From Candidatus Krumholzibacteriota bacterium (GTDB lineage: Bacteria; Krumholzibacteriota; Krumholzibacteriia; JAJRXK01): DNA of 64,000 nucleotides. The translations under genes were made by a program, and so were the position numbers. The stretch spans positions 20,403-84,402 of the forward strand of contig CAWDWO010000028.1 of NCBI GenBank assembly GCA_963806035.1, written 5' to 3'. The stretch's first letter is position 1. Each line of letters begins with the position of its first letter. Of this stretch, positions 19,252 to 27,456 are shown piece after piece. Below the pieces are notes generated by a model. The model was not told where the DNA came from and searched no databases. It saw only the letters and a list, made by a program, of their open reading frames with translations.

Positions 19252-20140
19252 CACCCTCATCACGGCCGGAGTGGACGTGGGAACCAGCTCCGTGAAGACG
19301 GTGATCGTGGCATTCTTGCACCCCGAATCGATCGACCGCTCGGTGGGAGCCTCCGAGCTGGAGATTCTTTCGTACCGCCACGATCGCATCCGGCGCCGGG
19401 ATCTCCGCGAGGTGGTGGACCAGAGTTGGGCGATGGCCCTGGATGAGGCCGGCCTGAGCGCGGCAGACGTGGCTTACGTCGCCAGCACCGGAGAGGGGGA
19501 ACTGGTGGATTTTCGCCGCGGACATTTCTACGGCATGACCACCCATGCACGCGGTGCGACCTTCCTCTTTCCCGGCGCCAAAGCAGTTCTGGACCTGGGA
19601 TCGCTTCACGCGCGCGCCATGCGCGTCGACGCCCAAAGCCGTGTTCTCGCCAATCGCATGACGAGCCAGTGCGCCTCCGGTTCGGGACAATTCCTGGAAA
19701 ACGTGGCGCGCTATTTGGGTGTCACCCTCGAAGAGGTGGGAGAGCTGTCGCAGTGCGCCCAGACTCCCGAATCGGTGAGCAGCGTGTGCGCGGTGCTGGC
19801 CGAAACCGACGTCATCAACATGGTCAGCAGCGGAATCAAGACCGAGGACATCCTGAAGGGCATCCATCTCTCGATGGCCGGCCGTTACGTCAAACTCTTG
19901 CGCGCGATCGGAGGAGAAGGCAAGATCGTGATCACCGGCGGTCTTTCGGCGGACGCGGGCTTGGTGGAAGCGATGCGGGAGAAAGCGGCCGAGGACGATT
20001 TGCCCATGAGTTTTCACACTCACGAACTCTCGATGCACGCGGGGGCGCTGGGTGCCGCCCTGTGGAGCGGATATCGGCACCGGGTTCTTCTTCAGCGAGA
20101 ACGGGCGGCCCGGGCAGCAGGCGGCGCTCGTCTGGATTGA
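19226..20140 (+). CDS. bcrD: Benzoyl-CoA reductase subunit D
   Basis: GVDVGTSSVK, STGEGE, GHFYGMTTHARGA, MTSQCASGSGQFLEN, CAVLAETDVINMVS. Confidence 0.92.
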   Translation: MPTSSTATDTLITAGVDVGTSSVKTVIVAFLHPESIDRSVGASELEILSYRHDRIRRRDLREVVDQSWAMALDEAGLSAADVAYVASTGEGELVDFRRGHFYGMTTHARGATFLFPGAKAVLDLGSLHARAMRVDAQSRVLANRMTSQCASGSGQFLENVARYLGVTLEEVGELSQCAQTPESVSSVCAVLAETDVINMVSSGIKTEDILKGIHLSMAGRYVKLLRAIGGEGKIVITGGLSADAGLVEAMREKAAEDDLPMSFHTHELSMHAGALGAALWSGYRHRVLLQRERAARAAGGARLD

Positions 20141-20169
20141 ATCACGGCTTCATCGAACGCGGGGGAAGC

Positions 20170-20952
20170 ATGCACGCAGCCAAGTCTTCGAATTTCCCTT
20201 CGTCCCCCGAGAGCCGCGAGATGCATTTTGCCCCGGCATATTCCAGGGAAATGGAGGGGCGGGTCGCGATCGTGAGCGGCGCGGCCGGAGGCATCGGCAA
20301 GGCCATCATGGCCGAGCTCCTCGGTCACGGCGCGCGTGTGGTGGGGTTCGACCTCATGGATCCACCCGACTCCAAGCTCGACTGGATGAAAGGCGACGTG
20401 GGCGAAGACCACGACGTAGAGCGCGTGGTCGCCTCCACCGTGCAAGAATACGGGCGCCTGGACTTCGTGGTGCACGCGGCGGGGATCGCTCGCGACGGAG
20501 TACTCTGGAAGCTCTCCGAAGACGACTGGGACGCCGTGCACCGAGTCAATCTGAAGAGCGCCTTTCTCTTGCTGAGGCACGCGGTGCCCGTCATGAGGAA
20601 GGCCGAACGCGGCAGCATCGTCTTCATCGGCTCCATCAACGGCTCGCGCGGAAAATTCGGCCAGACGGCATATGCGGCGAGCAAGGCCGGGCTCCTCGGC
20701 CTGGCCAAGAGCGCGGCGCGAGAGTGCGCCCGCTTCCACCTGCGCGTGAACGTGGTGGAACCGGGCATGGTCAACACGAGCATGACGCGGGATCTGCCCG
20801 AGAGCGTCAAGGAGGAAGCGCTGCGGGAGATCCTGCTGGGGCGTTTCGCCGAACCCGTCGACATCGCCCGCGCGGTGCACTTTCTGCTCGGCGACGGTGG
20901 CTCGCACATCACCGGCCAGATCCTGCGTGTCGATGGCGGTCAATACTTCTAG
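20170..20952 (+). CDS. SDR oxidoreductase (FabG/acetoacetyl-CoA reductase-like), probably lower benzoyl-CoA pathway
   Basis: SGAAGGIG, AGIARD, GQTAYAASKAG, VDGG motifs; directly follows bcrD. The pathway role is inferred from context. Confidence 0.85.
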   Translation: MHAAKSSNFPSSPESREMHFAPAYSREMEGRVAIVSGAAGGIGKAIMAELLGHGARVVGFDLMDPPDSKLDWMKGDVGEDHDVERVVASTVQEYGRLDFVVHAAGIARDGVLWKLSEDDWDAVHRVNLKSAFLLLRHAVPVMRKAERGSIVFIGSINGSRGKFGQTAYAASKAGLLGLAKSAARECARFHLRVNVVEPGMVNTSMTRDLPESVKEEALREILLGRFAEPVDIARAVHFLLGDGGSHITGQILRVDGGQYF

Positions 20953-21096
20953 CGGCCCCGCGCTGCCCAGGCGGAACGGCGCGGGATTCCGCGCGCTGGA
21001 GAAATCGACGCCAATGTGGTCGGAATTCCGCTGGGGTCGCTATATTGTCGTGAATTCCAAGGCGAGGCAGGGCCTGAGCCCTGAGAGGAGAATCAA

Positions 21097-21804
21097 ATGC
21101 GGTGTACACGTTGCGGACATGTGGGCGGGGGACAGGACAATTTCTGCAGTGAATGTGGAGCGTTCCTGCGCGACGCATACGTCGATCACAAGCTGCTCTT
21201 CGCATTGCAACAGCAGAGCGAGGGGAACGACAAAGAGGCGCGCCGCGCCATGGAGCGGCTGATCGAGGACAACCCCGACCACGTGCTCGCGAATCATCTC
21301 CTGGGCAGTCTCTACTTTCACCAGGGCACCCTGGAAAAGGCAATCCAGTGCTACCGCTGCGCGCTCAAGAAGGCGCCCCATTTTCTCCAGTGTATCTATG
21401 ATCTGGGCGTGGCCTGGTATCATCACGGCAACATGAAAGAGGCCATTCGAGCCTTTCAGAAATGTCTCAGTATCGACCCGCACTACAACGCCGCCCACTA
21501 CCGTTTGGGGATCGCCCTCTTTCACGCCGGTGAAATCGACGCGGCACTCGAGCACTACGAAATCGCCTCCTCGCTCACCCCGGAATATCTCATGGCCCGT
21601 TATCACATCGGGATCGTCCACGAGCGCAAGAACGACCACAAGTCGGCTGCCCAAGCCTTCCAGCAGAGTATCGATGAAGCAGTCGGCGAGGTGAGCAGCC
21701 TCTATCACCTGGCACAGATCCGGCGCGCCGAGGGGAACGAGGAAGAAGCTCGCGAGCTTCTGGAGCGCGCCGCGGGTTTTGGCACACTCGATTCGGTGGA
21801 GTGA
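21097..21804 (+). CDS. Tetratricopeptide repeat protein with N-terminal zinc ribbon
   Basis: CTRCG...FCSECG ribbon followed by ~34-aa TPR-like repeats (LGSLYF, LGVAWY, LGIALF, IGIVHE). Confidence 0.85.
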   Translation: MRCTRCGHVGGGQDNFCSECGAFLRDAYVDHKLLFALQQQSEGNDKEARRAMERLIEDNPDHVLANHLLGSLYFHQGTLEKAIQCYRCALKKAPHFLQCIYDLGVAWYHHGNMKEAIRAFQKCLSIDPHYNAAHYRLGIALFHAGEIDAALEHYEIASSLTPEYLMARYHIGIVHERKNDHKSAAQAFQQSIDEAVGEVSSLYHLAQIRRAEGNEEEARELLERAAGFGTLDSVE

Positions 21805-21808
21805 ATCC

Positions 21809-23086
21809 GTGAGCGAATCTTCCAAGCTTCCACGTCCTTCCATCGACGAGTTGATCTTCGACTGGGAGCAGGCCGGCCCCAACCGCTTCACCGGGGTCGA
21901 TCACGTGATGATCGACGACGAGACCCTGCGCGATGGGCTTCAATGCCCCTCGGTGATCGATCCCGACACCGAGTTGAAGGTCGAGCTTTTGCACATCATG
22001 GACAGCCTGGGCATCGAGACCGCGGACGTCGGTTTGCCCGGCGCCGGTGAACGTCAATGGAACGCGGTCATGCGTCTCTGCCGCGAGATCGTCGACCACG
22101 GGCTTTCCATTCGTCCCAACTGCGCGGGTCGTACCGTGATGGCCGACATCCAGCCCATGGCGGAGATTTCCCAGCGCGTGGGAATCGGGATTGAAGCCTG
22201 CGTCTTCATCGGCAGCAGTCCCATCCGACAGTACACCGAGAACTGGCAACTCGATCAGCTGCTGCGTCACACGAAGGAAGCGGTGAGCTTCGGAGTGGCC
22301 GAGGGACTGGACGTGATGTACGTCACCGAGGACACGATCCGTTCCTCACCCGAACACCTGCGCCTGCTTTTGACCGCCGCGATCGACGCCGGGGCCAAGA
22401 GAGTTTGTCTGTGTGACACGGTGGGCGCGGGAGTTCCCGAGGGAGTCAAGAACCTCGTCGCATGGACGCGCCAGCTCATCGACGAGTTGGGAGCGGAGGT
22501 CGGCATCGACTGGCACGGACACCGCGACCGCGGGCTCGATCTCTCCAATACCCTGGCCGCGATTCAGGCCGGCGCGACCCGTGTCCACGGCACCCTGCTG
22601 GGGATCGGCGAACGGGTGGGCAACACTCCCATCGAGCAGCTTCTGGTGAATCTCAAACTTCTGGGCCTGCGCGATGACGACCTCTCCCGCCTGCCCGAAT
22701 ATGCGACGCTGGTATCCAAGGGGACCGGAGTGCCCATCCCCGCGAACGCGCCCATCCTGGGGCGCGACGCGTTCCGTACCGCCACTGGAGTCCACGCTTC
22801 CGCCGTGGTCAAGGCTCAGGCCAAGGGGGACGCGTGGCTCGCCGATCGCGTGTATTCGGGGGTGCCCGCGAGCTGGATCGGACGCAGCCAGGAAATCGAA
22901 GTGGGCCACATGTCCGGCAACTCGAACGTCATCCACTACCTCAAGAGCCGTGGTTTGCCCTACGGCCCCGAGGTCGTGCAAGCGGTCCTCGCCGAAGCCA
23001 AGAAGTCGCCCCGCCTTTTGGAGGAAGAAGACATCGTCGCGCTCGTGCGCAAGGTGACGAGTGCAGCCTCCGGCGGACGCGAGTAG
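21809..23086 (+). CDS. LeuA-family (DRE-TIM) acetyl-CoA condensing enzyme, 2-isopropylmalate synthase-like, lacking the allosteric domain
   Basis: DETLRDGLQ, LCDTVG, HGHRDRG, GIGERVGN motifs; ~425 aa. Confidence 0.85.
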   Translation: MSESSKLPRPSIDELIFDWEQAGPNRFTGVDHVMIDDETLRDGLQCPSVIDPDTELKVELLHIMDSLGIETADVGLPGAGERQWNAVMRLCREIVDHGLSIRPNCAGRTVMADIQPMAEISQRVGIGIEACVFIGSSPIRQYTENWQLDQLLRHTKEAVSFGVAEGLDVMYVTEDTIRSSPEHLRLLLTAAIDAGAKRVCLCDTVGAGVPEGVKNLVAWTRQLIDELGAEVGIDWHGHRDRGLDLSNTLAAIQAGATRVHGTLLGIGERVGNTPIEQLLVNLKLLGLRDDDLSRLPEYATLVSKGTGVPIPANAPILGRDAFRTATGVHASAVVKAQAKGDAWLADRVYSGVPASWIGRSQEIEVGHMSGNSNVIHYLKSRGLPYGPEVVQAVLAEAKKSPRLLEEEDIVALVRKVTSAASGGRE

Positions 23087-23122
23087 CTCCCTCCGCGCCG
23101 CACTTTTGAGCCCACAGGGTTT

Positions 23123-23557
23123 TCAGATCACCGCATCGGGAAGAGTCTCGACGAACTCGCGCAGTTCGTCGCGCACCCGCCGGTAAGGACCCAGAATCTC
23201 CTCTTCTTCGCTGAGCTCGGCGACGAGCCGCGGAGGATCATCGAAGTTGTGGTGCACCACGCGCGCGGGGCGGGGAAATACGGGACAGTTCTCGTAGGCG
23301 TTGTCGCACACGGTGATCACCACGTCGAAGTCGTGATCGAGCACCTCCTGCAAGTGCTTGCTCTTCTGGTGTGAGATGTCCACTCCCGCCTCTTTCATGA
23401 CCTTCACCGCATAGGGATCGAGCCCTTTCGGCTCGAGGCCGGCGGAGTGGACGTGAATCTGCTCGCCACGGAGCTGGCGCGCCCAGCCCTCGGCCATCTG
23501 GCTGCGACAGGAATTGCCGGTGCAGAGAAAGAGGATCTTTAGCTTGTCGTGCGTCAT
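23123..23557 (-). CDS. arsC: Thioredoxin-coupled arsenate reductase (LMW-PTP fold)
   Basis: LFLCTGNSCRSQMAEG, VITVCDNA.E.CPVFP, DDP motifs. Confidence 0.88.
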   Translation of the reverse strand: MTHDKLKILFLCTGNSCRSQMAEGWARQLRGEQIHVHSAGLEPKGLDPYAVKVMKEAGVDISHQKSKHLQEVLDHDFDVVITVCDNAYENCPVFPRPARVVHHNFDDPPRLVAELSEEEEILGPYRRVRDELREFVETLPDAVI

Positions 23558-23579
23558 GGTAATGGGGGCTTCTGGGGAA

Positions 23580-24398
23580 TCAGCTCGCAATCGGGGCGGC
23601 CTGTTCCCAGAGCATGCTGAAGATGGAGGAAAAGCCGCGGCTCAAGGACTCATTGCGAATTTCGATCATGATGAAGCCGTCTCCCTCGGCTGGACGCGGA
23701 TCGACCATGGGCAGACCGGTGATGCGATCGTCGAAAATCACCATGCGCATGGGTACCTCTTTGAGCCAGCGCAGGTTCGCGCCACTGCGCAGGTACTCCT
23801 CGAGGATCTCGCGTTCCGGATCGCCATAGCCCGAAGGAAGCTCGTAGATCTGCCGAACTTCCACCCCCGCCTTGACTCGCTCGCGCACCAGCTCCGTATC
23901 GTCGCGCACCACCAGGGGTAAGCGCGCCACCACGCACACTCGCTCGGTGGCTGCGTTCAAGAGAATCTTGTAGTTGCGCGCGGCGGCATAGCGCCCCTGG
24001 AAAAGTTTGACCCGGCCCTCGCGCCGGTTGAGGGCGGTCCCGGAGCTGACGAACTCCTCCTTGAGACGCTTCAGGGCGTGCTTGGTGCTCGATTCCCGCG
24101 CCCGCATGTCCTCCAGGAGCGGACGAAACGCCAGATGGGGCGCGATGGCGGCGTAGCAATTGACCGGGCCGAGCTGGCTCTCGCACAGGCCGCGCTGAAT
24201 GAGGCGCTTGAGCGTGGAGTAGACCTTGGGCTGGGGAACGCGGCTGAGTTCCGCGATCTCGGGCACCCGGGAACCGGGATGGCGCAGAATGGCCAAGTAG
24301 ACCCGCACCTCGTAGTCGGTGAGGCCCAGATTGACCAGACCCTCGGAAATCCGGGAGTCGGTTCCACTCACGGTCTTGGCCTTGCGGGCAGGACTCAC
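23580..24398 (-). CDS. TrmB family transcriptional regulator
   Basis: LGLTDYEVRVYLAIL...EIAELSRVPQPKVYSTLKRL.QRGL wHTH followed by a PLD-like effector region (MVIFDD). Confidence 0.88.
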   Translation of the reverse strand: MSPARKAKTVSGTDSRISEGLVNLGLTDYEVRVYLAILRHPGSRVPEIAELSRVPQPKVYSTLKRLIQRGLCESQLGPVNCYAAIAPHLAFRPLLEDMRARESSTKHALKRLKEEFVSSGTALNRREGRVKLFQGRYAAARNYKILLNAATERVCVVARLPLVVRDDTELVRERVKAGVEVRQIYELPSGYGDPEREILEEYLRSGANLRWLKEVPMRMVIFDDRITGLPMVDPRPAEGDGFIMIEIRNESLSRGFSSIFSMLWEQAAPIAS

Positions 24399-24489
24399 CA
24401 GGCAAACCTCTCCTGTGCGCGGCAGCTTGCAGTCTAGAGGGCGAAATGGGGGAAGGCCAGCGCCATTCCGTGCGCGGCGAAGCGGCAGG

Positions 24490-24520
24490 ACGAAGGCCCG
24501 CCCTGAGGGCGGGCCTTCGT
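24490..24520. other. Perfect 14-bp inverted repeat (terminator- or attenuator-like hairpin)
   Basis: ACGAAGGCCCGCCC-TGA-GGGCGGGCCTTCGT in a divergent intergenic region; no clear U-tract on either strand. Confidence 0.7.
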
Positions 24521-24696
24521 ATTCGGGGCGCGCTCACACCCGGGTCTTTCCCTGCCGCGATTTGCCCCGGGGTCAGGCGAATCCCCCTCGGCCTGCCGTC
24601 TGGTCCCAGCAAACGAGGCAGGGGGCGACCCTCACGAGGCATCGGCGGAAGAGCACGGGGGCGCGGCCACCGTGGTACGCTCCACTGAGTGCAATA

Positions 24697-24726
24697 ATTT
24701 TAGCCGATTTTTTGAATCGGCGTCTA
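24697..24726 (-). promoter_or_regulatory. Putative promoter with a palindromic operator in its spacer
   Basis: Minus strand TAGACG, 18 nt, TAAAAT; the spacer is filled by GCCGATT-N5-AATCGGC (24703-24721). Confidence 0.45.
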
Positions 24727-24822
24727 CCCCCTGCTTTCTCAATTTCCCATCCAGGGTTGGAAGTCCTTTGATTTCAGCGGGTATCTTCTCTTATCGCCCA
24801 AAGGATTCAGTGACTATCATGG

Positions 24823-25935
24823 ATGCTGGATTTTGGCTTGGATCACGACTTGGGCTCACACCCCGTGGAGGCTCCCGTGCCGCGAGATTGGAATGAAGCA
24901 GAGCTGAAGGAGCGGCCGGCGCGCGACGAGGCCGAAATCCGCCCTTCCGCGGGCGCGGCCCTGGGACAGTGGGGCAAGGCGCCTCCCCATCCGCTCTCGC
25001 GGCCCAGCCTCACGCGGCGCTTGCAGCGGCTTTTCGCGCGCTCCCTGCGCATCCTGCCCAAGACTGTGGTGAAGATCTTCGCCGCGCGCTACATCGCGGG
25101 AGAGACCGTGGCCGATGGGGTGGCCAAGGCGCGCGAACTCCACGAGGCTCACGGCCTCCACTCCACGCTCGACGTCCTGGGAGAGGATGTCCACACGAGC
25201 GCGGACGTGGAGGAGTACCACCGCGAGTATCGAAAGCTGATCGCGAGCATCGCCGATCTTCCTTTCGCGAACGTCTCGATCAAGCTCTCCGCCCTGGGGC
25301 AGCTTCTCGACGAAGAGGACTGCATCCAACGAACCGAAGACATCGTCAGGCGCGCCGCGGAGGTCGACACCTTCGTCCGCTTCGACATGGAAGACCACAC
25401 GACGACCAGCAGCACCCTGCGCATCTACCGGACCTTGCGCGAACGCGGCCACACCAATCTGGGCATCGTCTTGCAGTCACGGCTCTTCCGCACGACCGAC
25501 GACCTCGAGGAACTCGCCCATTTCAAGCCCAACGTGCGCCTGTGCATCGGAATCTACCGCGAGCCGCCACAGATCGCGCTGCAGGACAAGCCCGAGATGA
25601 AGCGGCGCATGATGGAATTGCTGGAAGGCATGTGGGCGAATTCCCAGCACGTGGCCCTGGCCACCCACGAGGAATGGTGCATCCGAGAGGCCCTGACGAT
25701 CGCCGAGCGCCTCCACATTCCCAAACCCGAAATCGAAGTTCAGATGTTACTGGGAGTACCGAGCCTCCCCTTGCAGAAGGAACTCATTGCGCAGGGAATC
25801 CGCGTGCGCCTCTACGTTCCTTATGGCCGGCAGTGGTACGCCTACAGCATGCGACGTCTGGAGAACAACCCGGACGTGTTCCTTTCCGTCCTGAAGAGCC
25901 TCGTGCGCAGCATCTTCCATCGCGGGTCCAATTGA
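24823..25935 (+). CDS. Monofunctional proline dehydrogenase
   Basis: RYIAGET, LDVLGE, SIKLSALG, FDMED, GIVLQSRL.RT, ATH, QMLLG, YVPYG..WYAY.MRRL motifs. True start uncertain. Confidence 0.9.
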   Translation: MLDFGLDHDLGSHPVEAPVPRDWNEAELKERPARDEAEIRPSAGAALGQWGKAPPHPLSRPSLTRRLQRLFARSLRILPKTVVKIFAARYIAGETVADGVAKARELHEAHGLHSTLDVLGEDVHTSADVEEYHREYRKLIASIADLPFANVSIKLSALGQLLDEEDCIQRTEDIVRRAAEVDTFVRFDMEDHTTTSSTLRIYRTLRERGHTNLGIVLQSRLFRTTDDLEELAHFKPNVRLCIGIYREPPQIALQDKPEMKRRMMELLEGMWANSQHVALATHEEWCIREALTIAERLHIPKPEIEVQMLLGVPSLPLQKELIAQGIRVRLYVPYGRQWYAYSMRRLENNPDVFLSVLKSLVRSIFHRGSN

Positions 25936-25993
25936 AGTACAATCGTCTAGATACGATGATTGACTTTCTCCTCGTTGATTGAAGCGCGTGCGC

Positions 25994-26611
25994 ATGAGAA
26001 GAACTTCGCCCATTCCACTCCTTTGTCTTCTCTGTTCGGTCCTGCTCGTGGCAGTTCGCCCTTCGACCGCTTCGGCGCTCGTGCTGAATTTCGACGAACT
26101 CGTTTCGGGCACTCCGGTCAACGAGCAATACGAGTTCATGGGCGTGCACCTTCATGCTGTTGGCACCGGGCTCGGAGAGATCATCGCCACTGCCCTGGCC
26201 GATACCTGCCCCGGGATGCCGGCCTCGGCGCCCAATGTCCTTTCCTACCAGGCCGAAGGCAGCTGTCCGAACGTTCACGACGAACTGGGCTGGTTCGTCG
26301 TCGACTTCGATACTCCGCAAAACCGAGTTTCGATCACCGCCGTTCACGAGGGGCCCGACGCAGCGGCTTACTTGAAAGCATACGGGGCCGACGGATTCAT
26401 CGAAATCGCATGGAGCGTTCCCGGTGCGGCAATGACCGGAGTTCCTCAAACTCTCACGGTCGCACCGCCTTTGGACCGGCAACGGATCACCCAGGTACTC
26501 TTCGGCGTCTATCGCTCCAGTGATGCCGCGGTCTTCGACGATCTCTCCTTCGACCTCGTCGTCCCCACCTCCTCGAGCAGCTGGGGAACGCTCAAGGCCC
26601 AGTGGCGGTGA
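25994..26611 (+). CDS. Secreted hypothetical protein with C-terminal 'SSWGTLKAQWR' tail
   Basis: Signal peptide ending ASA; beta-rich domain (LNFDEL...FDDLSF); C-terminal WGxLK motif. Confidence 0.7.
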   Translation: MRRTSPIPLLCLLCSVLLVAVRPSTASALVLNFDELVSGTPVNEQYEFMGVHLHAVGTGLGEIIATALADTCPGMPASAPNVLSYQAEGSCPNVHDELGWFVVDFDTPQNRVSITAVHEGPDAAAYLKAYGADGFIEIAWSVPGAAMTGVPQTLTVAPPLDRQRITQVLFGVYRSSDAAVFDDLSFDLVVPTSSSSWGTLKAQWR

Positions 26612-26647
26612 GTGAGACCGCCCGCGAGCCGTCGCGCCCCGCTACTT

Positions 26648-26728
26648 CCTTCGGCAAGCGCACGAGGTCCCTCAGCAACCCGCGGGAACACCTTCGGCAA
26701 GCGCATGAGGTCCTTCAGCAACCCCGCG
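26648..26728. repeat. Two-copy imperfect direct repeat (~37 bp, 43-bp period) overlapping a gene 3' end
   Basis: CCTTCGGCAAGCGCACGAGGTCCCTCAGCAACCCGCG (26648-26684) vs CCTTCGGCAAGCGCATGAGGTCCTTCAGCAACCCCGCG (26691-26728). Confidence 0.85.
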
Positions 26729-27299
26729 CGAGATTGTCCAGGAAGTGCCAGTACGCGGTGATGATGCACCCCATGGTGGCGTAAATGTCTTGGCTCACGG
26801 CAGTGCAACGATTGAACTCTTCGTAAAAGGTGACGATGGCACAGGTGTAGAACTCCTTGTGGGATGCGCTCACCGGAGTTTGCCACTCGTCCGCCTGAAG
26901 ACCCTCGATGAACTCCGCGCGCGAGTCCGTGGCCGGTCCGGGCGTCCCCCGCGTGCTCAGTTCGGGCCAGCGCTGCTTCAGGCCCAAGCTCAGGATCTCC
27001 TGACGCGCCAGGAAGGCCCCCAGATCTTCGCGCGAAAATCCCAGCCGCCGGAAGGCTCCCTCTTCGTCTCGGGCCAGCAGGCGGATGCGAAGCTCCGTGC
27101 GCAGGACGGGATCACTGAGCTTGCTTTGTATCGCGGCCAGAAGCGAGAGTGCGCTGCGGAACCAGGGCTCCTCCTGCAGCTTGCCGGCCCTTTCGAACTG
27201 GGGAGCGGTCTCTTCTTCTGCGGCGCAGCCAAAGAATAGAACCCAGGCGATGGAAATTGAGAGCAAGCAAAGGACGGTGCGTCGATACGCTCGCGACAT
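26715..27299 (-). CDS. Hypothetical lipoprotein with Cys-containing C-terminal domain
   Basis: Basic N-terminus, hydrophobic stretch and lipobox-like FFGC; four Cys in the last ~45 residues; GGAG RBS-like sequence upstream. Confidence 0.6.
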   Translation of the reverse strand: MSRAYRRTVLCLLSISIAWVLFFGCAAEEETAPQFERAGKLQEEPWFRSALSLLAAIQSKLSDPVLRTELRIRLLARDEEGAFRRLGFSREDLGAFLARQEILSLGLKQRWPELSTRGTPGPATDSRAEFIEGLQADEWQTPVSASHKEFYTCAIVTFYEEFNRCTAVSQDIYATMGCIITAYWHFLDNLARGC

Positions 27300-27456
27300 G
27301 AATCGTCTCCCTTCGCGGGAGGCATGACCCAATGCACTGGCAGGACCCGTACCAACAGAGGACAGTCGAGATCTGCTTCAATCTAGCCTTGGTGCGGGGC
27401 AGGAACGGAGGGCACCGTCCTGTGTCCCGCTTTCCGGACGGGGAAAGGGCGCTCGA

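Noticed and set aside
24490..24690. SRP RNA, tRNA-Sec, or SAM/cobalamin riboswitch
   Set aside because: I could not find the diagnostic conserved motifs of these families on either strand; kept only as an unclassified structured element.
26648..26728. CRISPR array
   Set aside because: Only two imperfect copies separated by 6 bp; no spacer-length unique sequence and no cas genes.
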